From positions 1 to 64,000 of the IMG/VR virus record IMGVR_UViG_3300032331_003609: a DNA stretch of 64,000 nt. One strand, given 5' to 3'. Numbering within the stretch: the stretch's first letter is position 1; each line of letters starts with the position of its first letter. Below the pieces are notes generated by a model. That model had not been told where the DNA came from. It worked only from the letters and a program-made list of their open reading frames with translations, and searched no databases. This document shows positions 45,894 to 54,932 of this stretch, piece by piece. The position numbers were made by a program, and so were the translations under genes.

Positions 45894-46382
45894 ATGTTTA
45901 AGATATCCTTTAGAATCTCCCCGTTCCAAGAATTTAATATTGGATCCCTGGTTACGTATCGGGACGAAAATCTAGTGGACTATATAAAGGATACACTTTA
46001 TTCCCGATCAAATTTCTTCTATATAGAGTCAGTTAATTGGGATAAGTATGAATGTAAGATTTCAAACGGCATAGATTCTGTATTATCCACACCTGATCAA
46101 TTAATAGAGGTAGTTTCTTATATTGAAAAAATCGATGACTCTGGAATAAAATCTATGCATTTTTCAGGGAATACCGTGGAAAATGTTGCTAAGTGGCAAA
46201 ATGATTTTGATAATAGAGAATCATATATTTTAGAGAACCAAAGAATTGCAATTTTTTTAGAAAATGTATCAATTCCCAGGAATTATTTCTCATTAGAAAG
46301 CAGGATAATTAATATCAATTCTGCGATTAAAAATTATACAGTAGCAAGATTTGACGATGAAGCGATTCAGGATCTTCTCTGA
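45894..46382 (+). CDS. hypothetical protein
   Basis: ORF. Confidence 0.55.
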   Translation: MFKISFRISPFQEFNIGSLVTYRDENLVDYIKDTLYSRSNFFYIESVNWDKYECKISNGIDSVLSTPDQLIEVVSYIEKIDDSGIKSMHFSGNTVENVAKWQNDFDNRESYILENQRIAIFLENVSIPRNYFSLESRIININSAIKNYTVARFDDEAIQDLL

Positions 46383-46410
46383 GATAGATACTGATATAAA
46401 ATTTAGAAAA

Positions 46411-46710
46411 ATGACAGAATTAAAAAGCGAGAATTTTGAGAGTGCTGTTTCTTCAGCAAAGAAATGTTTGATTGATTTCTATGCAACATGGTGCGGTCCA
46501 TGTAAAGCAATGAATCCGGTTTTAGAAAGTGTAGAAAATGAATTGGGTATTGAGGTTATTTACAAAATTGATGTTGATAAAAATAGAGATCTAGTTGAAA
46601 AATACGGAATTAGATCTGTTCCGACTTTTCTATTCTTTGAAGATGGGATTGAAAAAGAAAGAAAGAGTGGGGTAATTCCTAAAAACTATTTAATAGAATC
46701 ATTATCATAA
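46411..46710 (+). CDS. trxA: thioredoxin
   Basis: DFYATWCGPCK, YGIRSVPTFLFF. Confidence 0.95.
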   Translation: MTELKSENFESAVSSAKKCLIDFYATWCGPCKAMNPVLESVENELGIEVIYKIDVDKNRDLVEKYGIRSVPTFLFFEDGIEKERKSGVIPKNYLIESLS

Positions 46711-46784
46711 TACAGAAGATCCGGAATAATTTTTATAAAACATTTTTATTTTCGGGGAAACTATTCTATATTTGCATATATAAA

Positions 46785-47238
46785 CATCTAAACAAAAAAG
46801 TTCTTTAAAATATTGGTTGTTAAAGTTGAAGCGGCAGAATTTGGTACATCAAAAATCAATTATGCAAGGAAACAGTTTGGTCTCGTATCAAATTTATCCA
46901 AACACTATCTTACCCGTTCTAATAGGGTAGATGCATCGGACGCCAAGCGACTGGTGAAAAATTTAGATATTCTGAAAAGAAATTCAGGGCGGCTGACCGG
47001 CCTTAAGGGTTAGAGAATCGTTCACTTAATGGACAACCCCAAATCTGGGGATTCTCAGCGAACAACAACTAATTAATAAAATACTATCCGATGCGGGATA
47101 GGGAGTTACATCAAGGCAAACGAAAAAAAAACTCCCTTTCAATATTCTCGGTAAGTTATTTCTAAAATGCAATTCACAAATTTGTGTTTGTTTATAATAT
47201 AGGAAGAAGCTTATCGTCAATCGGTAGGCTTTTTTTTT
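46785..47238 (+). ncRNA. structured Y-RNA-like locus upstream of Ro60
   Basis: Own promoter elements (TATATTTG 46767, CATATATAAA 46775) and terminator. Two units GA(A/T)GCGG-N10-TACATC at 46828 and 47090, whose N10 pairs downstream, flank a multi-stem central domain closed by GCATCGGA/TCCGATGC. Confidence 0.6.
47207..47238 (+). terminator. intrinsic terminator between the RNA locus and the TROVE gene
   Basis: AAGCTTATCG/CGGTAGGCTT 10-bp stem (GU pairs) plus T-run. Confidence 0.7.
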
Positions 47239-47260
47239 GTCAAAAATTAAAAACAAACAT

Positions 47261-48898
47261 ATGAGCAAGTTATCAGAATACGCAGTTAAATCCAAATCAG
47301 AAACTAGAAAATACGAGGACCTAGTGGTAGAGAATTTTATGGGGGGTAATTCCTATAAACTTTCTCCCTTGCAAACTCTTAAAATAGTGGCTGCTAGTTC
47401 TATCTTCGGTGAGCCTCAGTATTATAAGAATGGCATAAAATCTGAGGCATCTATCAAGAATCATGATACACTATTGGAATATTCTATATTTTCAGATCTT
47501 ATTAAGGATTCTACCTCTGCTGCAGATGTTTTTACGAACGCTATTGACTCATCCTTAGATTATGACTTCAAGGGAACTTTAGACTTAGCTACGGAGCTAA
47601 GAATGCTGTTTTTGATGAGGTTAAACCCTGCTGTCATTTTCATACGAGCTTCAATTCATTCAAAAAGAGCTGAATTCAATGAATCTAATCCAGGTTACAT
47701 GAAAACTGTCGGTAAATCGATAGCTCTTAGACCAGATGATCTGACAAATCAATTTGAGTATTTCATGTATGTGAATAAGACTAAAAACAAATTGAGCTCA
47801 ATCGTTAAAAGAACATGGGCAGAAAGACTTGGAGAATATTCAAAATATCAACTGAACAAATATAAAGGAAAGAGTCTAATTGATCTTGTTAGGATTTCAC
47901 ACGCTTGGAATAATAACATAGATGAGTTAATGAAGACCGGATCTATTAAGGTTGAGGAATCGGAAAGAACCTGGGAGAATTTAAAATCCAGCGGAAAGAA
48001 CTGGAAAGAAATCCTAGAGACTATCGAAATTCCGCACATGGCACTTTTAAGAAATCTAAGAGGTATTTTTAAAGAGATCGAAGATTTAGAAATTGCTAAA
48101 TCAGTCATGGAAAAATTATCTGCTGGTGTTTCTAAAGGAAATCAATTCCCTTTTAGATATTGGTCAGCATACAAAGCGGTAGAGAAAGAAGATGAGATCA
48201 ATCATAAAGGAATTATCTTAGATGGACTAGAATCTTGTATGGACATCTCAGTTTTAAATATGCCAAAGCTTGTTGGGAAAACCATATGCCTTTCTGATAA
48301 TTCAGGATCTTCTTGGGGACAATTGGCTTCCGAATACGGAAGTGTTCACGCAGCAGAGATAGCAAACCTTTCTTCCCTAATTACAGGTAAGCAGTCAGAC
48401 GAAGGTGAAATAGGATTATTCGGAGACAAACTTATCGTTGAATCAGTTTCTAAAAGAAACGGTTTACTTTCCCAATTAAAGGCAGTTAATGCGGTAGAAA
48501 GAGATGATAGTAGATTAGGTGGAAGTACAGAAAATGGTATTTGGATTTTCTTTGATCAAGCAATTAAAGAGAAAAAGCATTACGATAACATTTTCATATA
48601 TTCAGACATGCAAGCTGGGCATGGAGGTTTATATGGTAGCGACCCTAGCGAATATGAGGATTTCGTGCACAGCAAAGGAGGATGGAGATACATTGACGTT
48701 CTAGCTCTTGTTTCTAAATATAGAAAAGAGGTGAATCCGAAAGTTAATATTTTTTCAGTTCAGGTTGCAGGGTATGATAATACAGTATTACCAGAAAATA
48801 TTTATAGAGGAGCGATTTTAGCTGGATGGACAGGAAAAGAACCAGTTTTTGCTAAGGCATTAATCGATACCTGGAATGAAATAGAATCTACCAAATAG
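47261..48898 (+). CDS. rsr: Ro60 / TROVE-vWA RNA-binding protein
   Basis: NFMGGNSY, SIFGEPQYY, KYQLNKY, LIDLVRISHA, PHMALLRNLR, PFRYWSAY, and vWA SDNSGSS and IYSDMQ. Confidence 0.9.
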   Translation: MSKLSEYAVKSKSETRKYEDLVVENFMGGNSYKLSPLQTLKIVAASSIFGEPQYYKNGIKSEASIKNHDTLLEYSIFSDLIKDSTSAADVFTNAIDSSLDYDFKGTLDLATELRMLFLMRLNPAVIFIRASIHSKRAEFNESNPGYMKTVGKSIALRPDDLTNQFEYFMYVNKTKNKLSSIVKRTWAERLGEYSKYQLNKYKGKSLIDLVRISHAWNNNIDELMKTGSIKVEESERTWENLKSSGKNWKEILETIEIPHMALLRNLRGIFKEIEDLEIAKSVMEKLSAGVSKGNQFPFRYWSAYKAVEKEDEINHKGIILDGLESCMDISVLNMPKLVGKTICLSDNSGSSWGQLASEYGSVHAAEIANLSSLITGKQSDEGEIGLFGDKLIVESVSKRNGLLSQLKAVNAVERDDSRLGGSTENGIWIFFDQAIKEKKHYDNIFIYSDMQAGHGGLYGSDPSEYEDFVHSKGGWRYIDVLALVSKYRKEVNPKVNIFSVQVAGYDNTVLPENIYRGAILAGWTGKEPVFAKALIDTWNEIESTK

Positions 48899-48922
48899 AG
48901 CTTATTTCCTGATATATAAAAC

Positions 48923-49585
48923 ATGAAACACCTGAATCCGTTTGAATCTTTACTTACAGGATCGCCAGCAAAACAATCGAAATTTACAGATCCAAGGGAC
49001 GGTAAAGTATATCGGACTGTTACCATAGAGGATACTGAATGGTTTTTAGATAACCTAGATTATGATGACACTGATGATTTTGGAGGTAATTCTGCTTTGG
49101 AGATTTTTTTCACGAAGGAAGAATTACCATCGATCAAAGAAGATACTAATAGGAACACCTGCGGTAGATACTATAGATTCAATTCATTAGATAATGCATG
49201 TCCAGACGGATGGGAGATTCCAAAAAGAGAAGATTTTATAAATCTTTTTAAAAAGATCACAGGGAAAAATCCACACGAGTGGAGAGATTCCGAAAGGGGA
49301 GAGATATTCAGATCACTCTGTGGATTTAGATCTATCCTAGAATTGGAAATGTGTGGAAGCTATGAAAAACCACGTTTCGTGGGGACCTCATCACTTGCTG
49401 GCGACAGATTTAATTCTAATGGATTTAATTTTACTAGCAACAAAGATGGATATTATTGGTCAAGTACCCCAGGTTCTCTAAATAACGGAGGTGCAGTTTT
49501 TATATTCGGAGGGGAAGAAAAAAAGTATTTAGAGGATGTTGGCTATGGATATTATCAGGTTAGACCAATAAGAAAAAATATATAG
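48923..49585 (+). CDS. FISUMP (Fib_succ_major) domain protein with MKHLNPFES tag
   Basis: FTDPRDGKVYRTVTI...WFLDNL...GRYY...ACPDGWEIP...GYYWSST...VRPI; no signal peptide. Confidence 0.8.
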   Translation: MKHLNPFESLLTGSPAKQSKFTDPRDGKVYRTVTIEDTEWFLDNLDYDDTDDFGGNSALEIFFTKEELPSIKEDTNRNTCGRYYRFNSLDNACPDGWEIPKREDFINLFKKITGKNPHEWRDSERGEIFRSLCGFRSILELEMCGSYEKPRFVGTSSLAGDRFNSNGFNFTSNKDGYYWSSTPGSLNNGGAVFIFGGEEKKYLEDVGYGYYQVRPIRKNI

Positions 49586-49588
49586 GGT

Positions 49589-49831
49589 ATGGAAATTAAA
49601 AGATTTGGAGCATTTCTAAATGAAATGAAAAAAGCATACGGAGAAGATTTCTCCCTTAGAGATATCAAGGCTGGTGATAAAGTGACCTATATGGGGACTA
49701 AATACCACGTAATAGATTCTAACGAAGTGGTTTTAGAGCTTTCTAAGAACGATAAATCAAAAGTCGGGGAGAAAGGAAACTTCTTTGTGAATAGAAATAT
49801 GTTCAAACAAAACGGTGCTATTCCTGAATAA
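49589..49831 (+). CDS. small SH3-like protein with MEIKRFGAFLNE tag
   Basis: Tag variant; IKAGDKVTYMG. Confidence 0.6.
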   Translation: MEIKRFGAFLNEMKKAYGEDFSLRDIKAGDKVTYMGTKYHVIDSNEVVLELSKNDKSKVGEKGNFFVNRNMFKQNGAIPE

Positions 49832-49856
49832 ACCGATATATAAATAAACTAAAAAT

Positions 49857-50243
49857 ATGAAGTACTTAAAAGATTTTGATTCTATAGTAGAAAATTTAGA
49901 GGAGTCCGACGTTATGGATCCTACAGGGGAAATGCCTGTTATGCAGCCAGTTAAAGATGAAAGCCTTATAAACGCAGATTCTTGGGTAGCTTCTGCTAAT
50001 GAAGAAGGTGATTACGATGTTACATGGAAGAACGAGAATGGAGAAGATATAACAGCTTCGTTTAAAGATATCGGGGGTCCAATACAAAATGGGGGTGACG
50101 GCGTAGGATTCTCTGATTTTGAGACTATTCCAGGTACATCTACAGATGGAAAGGAGTATGTAGCAGAGGTTAGATATAAAGAGGGACACGGAAATTCAGA
50201 CAACGTGTTTTTAATAACCAATATAGCAATTAGTTCTAAGTAA
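49857..50243 (+). CDS. acidic hypothetical protein with MKYLKDFDS tag
   Basis: Shared motif; GATATATAAA at 49835. Confidence 0.65.
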   Translation: MKYLKDFDSIVENLEESDVMDPTGEMPVMQPVKDESLINADSWVASANEEGDYDVTWKNENGEDITASFKDIGGPIQNGGDGVGFSDFETIPGTSTDGKEYVAEVRYKEGHGNSDNVFLITNIAISSK

Positions 50244-50287
50244 TCGAAACATTTTTTTAAACCGACTGTTTTTAATACATTTGAAGG

Positions 50288-50797
50288 ATGAAACACATCC
50301 TTCTTTTTTTGCTCCTAATATTTAGTATATCTTTATACTCGCAAAGGTCAATTCCTTATGGATATGATGGGGATCGGGTTAGAGAAGCATGCTCGCTATT
50401 GAAAATGTATGCACCCGAAACATATTCATCTATAACATCGGAATCAAATATACAATCATTTCTAGACAGAGACGGGGAGAGATTCTCCAGCACTAATAGA
50501 ATAGAGGGGGGATACGAAAAGACCTACTGGATATTAACCGGATTTGGATCTATTAGAGAAAGAAGTAAATACCATCTTGCCGGAGTAATTTTTCATGAAT
50601 CAATGCACCTGTTAATGGCGGAGAAAAGAATATCAGAAGGAAGATCCGGGTATTTTTCAGATCTATCTCAAAAAGAACAGAAACAAGAAGAATTTTTTAT
50701 CTATAAAAGGGAGATAGATCTCCTTGTCAGAATGAATACTCCGATTAAGGAAATTCAAGAAATAGGAGAATGGATGGAACCCTATAAACCTCGCTAA
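50288..50797 (+). CDS. exported HExxH metalloprotein
   Basis: Signal peptide; IFHESMHL...QEE. Confidence 0.6.
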   Translation: MKHILLFLLLIFSISLYSQRSIPYGYDGDRVREACSLLKMYAPETYSSITSESNIQSFLDRDGERFSSTNRIEGGYEKTYWILTGFGSIRERSKYHLAGVIFHESMHLLMAEKRISEGRSGYFSDLSQKEQKQEEFFIYKREIDLLVRMNTPIKEIQEIGEWMEPYKPR

Positions 50798-50836
50798 AAT
50801 AAACGAGATACATAGCGGCAATATAAGTAATCAGAA

Positions 50837-51163
50837 ATGGCCCTTGTTGTCTACAGTAAATTAAAGGAATTACAAATCCAAGAAAAAGAAATTTATGAAT
50901 TTGGAAATTGGCTAAGAAGCTTTGCCAATGAATCTGCGTGGGAAGGAGACGACGAATACGAAAATTCATACGAGGAAGAAACAGAAACACCAACAAACCA
51001 CGATGGAGACGTTATGGAATATCCATGGGACGATTTTAGCTACATAGTTGTTCCTGATTCTACAGACGAAATTAATGAGGCATTGGATGTTTCTAGAATG
51101 CTGGGTGTATCGTCCAGATTTGACGTTTATGACATGGGCAGGGTATTTTTTGTTGTTAAGTAA
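50837..51163 (+). CDS. acidic hypothetical protein
   Basis: ORF. Confidence 0.6.
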   Translation: MALVVYSKLKELQIQEKEIYEFGNWLRSFANESAWEGDDEYENSYEEETETPTNHDGDVMEYPWDDFSYIVVPDSTDEINEALDVSRMLGVSSRFDVYDMGRVFFVVK

Positions 51164-51206
51164 AGGACTCGGTGTTCTTTTAGATATATAAAAAAAAGAG
51201 ATTAAA

Positions 51207-51758
51207 ATGGCTATACAAATTAATCAAGAAATTGAGACAATTAATAAGGGAATAGTAACAAATCCCTATTTAAGGATTGAAGCATATAGAATAGATAAAA
51301 TTTTAGGCTATTTTCTAGTTACCACTGCGATGTTTAGGGATAAAGCAGATGCTGATACCAATAAATTTGTTTATCACGAGGATTATGCACAGCCTATTGA
51401 CAGAGCACCTCAAACCGGTCCAATAGCAACCCTTATCACATATAATGATAACTCTTTTGAATATCCGGTAGTTATAGAATTTCCTTTAGTTGTACCAGAG
51501 GTTGTAACCGAGGATATTTACGAAGATCAGGAGATAACAAAAACTATCACATATAATGATTTTGATGAAAATGGTGACATTGTAGAAAAAACAAGAGTAG
51601 AAACCACCATCGAAAAAGTTAAAACAGGTACACACGAAGTAACAAAATCCAAGATAGATATTACCTTAATAGGAGCAGATCCTTATGGATGGGCTTACTC
51701 AAAATTAAAAACGCACTACGAAGGAATCTTCGGGGCCGGAAATGTAATTGATTGTTAA
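51207..51758 (+). CDS. hypothetical protein (possible fibre-associated/chaperone)
   Basis: Late-type promoter; YGWAYSKLK tail; family call is inference. Confidence 0.55.
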   Translation: MAIQINQEIETINKGIVTNPYLRIEAYRIDKILGYFLVTTAMFRDKADADTNKFVYHEDYAQPIDRAPQTGPIATLITYNDNSFEYPVVIEFPLVVPEVVTEDIYEDQEITKTITYNDFDENGDIVEKTRVETTIEKVKTGTHEVTKSKIDITLIGADPYGWAYSKLKTHYEGIFGAGNVIDC

Positions 51759-51761
51759 GAT

Positions 51762-52241
51762 ATGAGTGTAGTTGCTTTCGTTTCTAGTAATATTACATTT
51801 GGTAATCAGGGTACCTTCGGTGGAACTGGCCAATTGTCCAATCTATGGATGGGAACAACTAACGTTTCCTTACAGACAATATACACCGCAAGAATATATC
51901 CAAGGGGTCCTGCTTTAGGAGCTAACCTTTCAACCTTCAGATCCTCAAAATGGCGTGTTATAAGATTAAACAGTAATGATTATGCAAAGGGAAATGTTTC
52001 TTTTACGTATCCTATCACTATTTCATCAGCAGGAAATCCAGTAGGGGATAACTATACATTTAGTAATCTGGACTATTCTTTTGTTACTATAACAGCAACT
52101 CCGACTTATCCATACACGTTTCAAAGATGGGAAACATTAACTCCCCTGCCAGCCGGAACTAATATTAGCAGTACTGCATCAACGAATCTTTATTTCACAG
52201 ACTGGACAGGATATTACACAGTTAAAGCGATATTCGCATAA
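51762..52241 (+). CDS. Thr/Ser-rich beta protein with InlB B-repeat-like C-terminal domain
   Basis: VTITATPTYPYTFQRW...YTVKAIF. Confidence 0.55.
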   Translation: MSVVAFVSSNITFGNQGTFGGTGQLSNLWMGTTNVSLQTIYTARIYPRGPALGANLSTFRSSKWRVIRLNSNDYAKGNVSFTYPITISSAGNPVGDNYTFSNLDYSFVTITATPTYPYTFQRWETLTPLPAGTNISSTASTNLYFTDWTGYYTVKAIFA

Positions 52242-52244
52242 TTT

Positions 52245-53141
52245 ATGAAAGTAATTTGGGTCCTAGAAAATATTAAAAAGGGACATAAATTTTTTTTACC
52301 AGAAATAGAGCTTCTTGGATTAATTGCTTCTGTATCTAACTGGAAGATCCTGTATCCAAAAACATCCACCCATCTTTATTGCGATTCATCAGTTTTAGAA
52401 TATCTAGATAAAATAGAGATATCAGATCTTTGGGAAACAATACACACGAATGAATTAGATTCCCCGGATCTAATAGACAGAAACCCATTCTGGGCAGCTT
52501 CAAAAATTAAAGTCATAAAGGAAATAGAAGCTCCATTTATAATAATGGATTGCGATCTTTATTTCAAAGATCAATGTTTAGATCTTGATTCATTTTCAGA
52601 ATTTGATATAATTACAAACCAAATAGAGGATGGGATAGGATACTATCCTACAAAAAGGGATTCAGTTATAAAAGACATGATAGATCCATTCGGATACAAA
52701 TCAAGCCATGCATTCAATGTTGCATTTCTTTATATAGGAGATGAAAGGATCAGAAAAGAATATACAGATCTGGCATATTCCTGGATGGAGGATCTTTCTA
52801 TGAAGAACGAAGAATCTTTAAGTGGAAAGTATATGATTTTTTGTGAGCAAAAAATGCTAAAGGAATTTGCTGATCTTTATGATGCTAAAATAATATGTCT
52901 AGCAGATCATTCGATAAAAGGAGCTGAGGAAAAGATCCCTATAATAAATGGGTATAAAACATTGAATCTTAATGATTCTAATTATGTTCATTTGCATAGA
53001 CTAAAATCAAGGGTTAAATCAAATACAGGTTTGTTCCTTGATACCAGAAGTGATGTTATTAAATCAATTTATAATTTAGATAAACTGATGGCTAAGCGAT
53101 CTTTTTCTGCTCTTAAGCTTTCTAATGAGGATCTATTCTAA
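52245..53141 (+). CDS. glycosyltransferase-like protein (DUF6734-like)
   Basis: FWAASKIKVI...PFIIMDCDLY (DxD), FNVAFLYI, IFCEQKML, YVHL. Confidence 0.6.
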   Translation: MKVIWVLENIKKGHKFFLPEIELLGLIASVSNWKILYPKTSTHLYCDSSVLEYLDKIEISDLWETIHTNELDSPDLIDRNPFWAASKIKVIKEIEAPFIIMDCDLYFKDQCLDLDSFSEFDIITNQIEDGIGYYPTKRDSVIKDMIDPFGYKSSHAFNVAFLYIGDERIRKEYTDLAYSWMEDLSMKNEESLSGKYMIFCEQKMLKEFADLYDAKIICLADHSIKGAEEKIPIINGYKTLNLNDSNYVHLHRLKSRVKSNTGLFLDTRSDVIKSIYNLDKLMAKRSFSALKLSNEDLF

Positions 53142-53760
53142 CCTTTCTTTTGTCTGATATGATAAAATCATAAACTTTTTTATCATCCATTTCTACCCCA
53201 ATATAATCAAGCATTCTTTTTATCTCTTCTATATTATGATCTACATATAGATCTTCATAATAAAAAATTGGCCATGATTTTTCTTCGGCTATTAACTTCA
53301 TTCTTTCCGAGAAGTGTAAAAACGAATTTGTTTCCTTCTCTATTCTTACTTTATCTATTTTATCTATTTCGTATATCTTAGGGATATCCCATCCCATTTT
53401 AGAATCTGCATTTACTAAAAGACTTTCAGCCTGTAGTCTTTTGTCTCTCCTATCCAGAACTATAACTCTTTCAAAAAATCCATCCATCCAATTTATGAAT
53501 TCTATTTCTTCTAGCCCTAAAGATTTTACCGGATGTTGACTACATCCAAAAAGTGTTTTTATTAAGATCTTATCGAATTTTAAAAGAGGATTTATGTGAT
53601 CAAAATCAAATCCTTTTCTATAATAGTCCACATAATTTCTTGGGTTAAATGGCTCATAGAAGCATTCAAAGCCTTCTGAATAGAGTTGTGATTCTAGCAT
53701 CCTATATAAAGAAGTTGAGCCAGTTCTGGGTCTAGCCAGTATTGCTATTTTATTAAACAT
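53122..53760 (-). CDS. sulfotransferase-like protein
   Basis: ILARPRTGSTSL, YEPFN, LDRRD...AES, YYEDLY. Confidence 0.75.
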   Translation of the reverse strand: MFNKIAILARPRTGSTSLYRMLESQLYSEGFECFYEPFNPRNYVDYYRKGFDFDHINPLLKFDKILIKTLFGCSQHPVKSLGLEEIEFINWMDGFFERVIVLDRRDKRLQAESLLVNADSKMGWDIPKIYEIDKIDKVRIEKETNSFLHFSERMKLIAEEKSWPIFYYEDLYVDHNIEEIKRMLDYIGVEMDDKKVYDFIISDKRKVRIDPH

Positions 53761-54318
53761 TTATAATAATTTATTGACATCTTTATTTTTTCTAAGCCTT
53801 TGACCATACGGAAATTGTTTGTTTTCTAATTCTGGTATATTTAAATAATCCAGTATTCTTTCAAATCCGTTGTTATAATATAATTCTTCGTATGATATAT
53901 TAAAATAACCTTTATCTAAATAATTATCTTTTATTCCTAGTTTTATCTCGTTAAAATATGATGTATCAGCATCTTTGATCAGTTCTTCTTTAAATACCCA
54001 ATTTCTATCCCAATTATTTGTTTTATTAGCATTTAACCATGATTCGATTTGTTCTGTTGCATTCTCTCTATATAGTATAATCGTTTTATCACACACTGAT
54101 AATAATTCAGAAAAGTCTACTTCTGGGTAATATGTTTCTTTAATTAAAAGATGTTGTGTACTATATTCCCAAGATTTAGGGGATGTTCCGTTCTTAAACC
54201 ATTCTTTATCGGAACTAGTTATTGGTTCGAATAGTGTTGTAAATTTTTTATTAAAATAAAACCAATTTGCTAAATTTGTTGAACCACTTCTTGGCTCTGC
54301 TAAGATTGTGATTATCAT
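53761..54318 (-). CDS. sulfotransferase-like protein
   Basis: ILAEPRSGSTNL, FEP, LYREN..EQIES, SYEELY. Confidence 0.75.
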   Translation of the reverse strand: MIITILAEPRSGSTNLANWFYFNKKFTTLFEPITSSDKEWFKNGTSPKSWEYSTQHLLIKETYYPEVDFSELLSVCDKTIILYRENATEQIESWLNANKTNNWDRNWVFKEELIKDADTSYFNEIKLGIKDNYLDKGYFNISYEELYYNNGFERILDYLNIPELENKQFPYGQRLRKNKDVNKLL

Positions 54319-54320
54319 GT

Positions 54321-54762
54321 TTAAATTATTTTATTTATAATTTTAGATTTAATTAACGTATATCTTTCAATATCAAACATCTCAGGTTTAAAATCTAAAT
54401 ATTCCTTCCATTGCCATTGGTGACCTGTTATGTTATAAGAGCTATTCATATAAAAATTATAAAGCTCGTCACAATAGACTGGTTCGGGTAATTTTCCGCC
54501 TACCCTTTTATTTGTTTAATTAATCCGGTAGAGTTGTTATAGACAATAACAATGTGAGATTTATTTAAATCCGGTGTTGCTTCTCTTAGTTCTATTAATG
54601 TGTCTTCATAATTACATCGGCCACAATTACCCATTCTTGCAATCATTTCGATAGAATAATGCTTTTCTAAATCAACCCAATAATATCCAATAAGATAGAG
54701 CCTATTTTATTTCCAACGATACTATCAATTATTTTTAATTGATGTGATCGAGATGATGCCAT
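54321..54762 (-). pseudogene. frameshifted gene (or homopolymer assembly error)
   Basis: Three consecutive reading segments join by -1 shifts in A4 runs (54705-54708, 54506-54509) into a 147-aa ORF that begins TAATG-coupled and ends ...KIINKII like its neighbours. Confidence 0.5.
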
Positions 54763-54902
54763 TAATTCAAGTGTTTATCTTTTATAGCATTCACAAAAGC
54801 TTGAAATGCAGTAGCAACCTTTGCTTTTAAATCTGCAGATACCGGTGTTACCGTTGTCTTAATTATTTGTAAGGGTCTTTCTATTCTTTCTTTCTTTGCC
54901 AT
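54762..54902 (-). CDS. small hypothetical protein (46 aa)
   Basis: Translated by hand: MAKKERIERPLQIIKTTVTPVSADLKAKVATAFQAFVNAIKDKHLN. Confidence 0.65.
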   Translation of the reverse strand: MAKKERIERPLQIIKTTVTPVSADLKAKVATAFQAFVNAIKDKHLN

Positions 54903-54932
54903 ATTTTTTATTTTATATTTTTATTAAAACTA

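Noticed and set aside
46990-47060. tRNA gene
   Set aside because: A 7-bp GAGAATC/GATTCTC stem and a D-arm-like hairpin are present, but there is no anticodon arm, no TTCRA T-loop and no CCA; I found no convincing tRNA anywhere in the window
46813-47295. ORFs 46813-47013 (+) and 47026-47295 (-)
   Set aside because: They overlay a GC-rich, heavily base-paired region with its own terminator; an RNA explanation fits better
54500-54502. Stop-codon reassignment (TAG read-through) to rescue the broken gene
   Set aside because: Read-through hits TGA shortly after, many well-formed genes end in TAG (e.g. 7415, 8008), and long ORFs are intact in code 11
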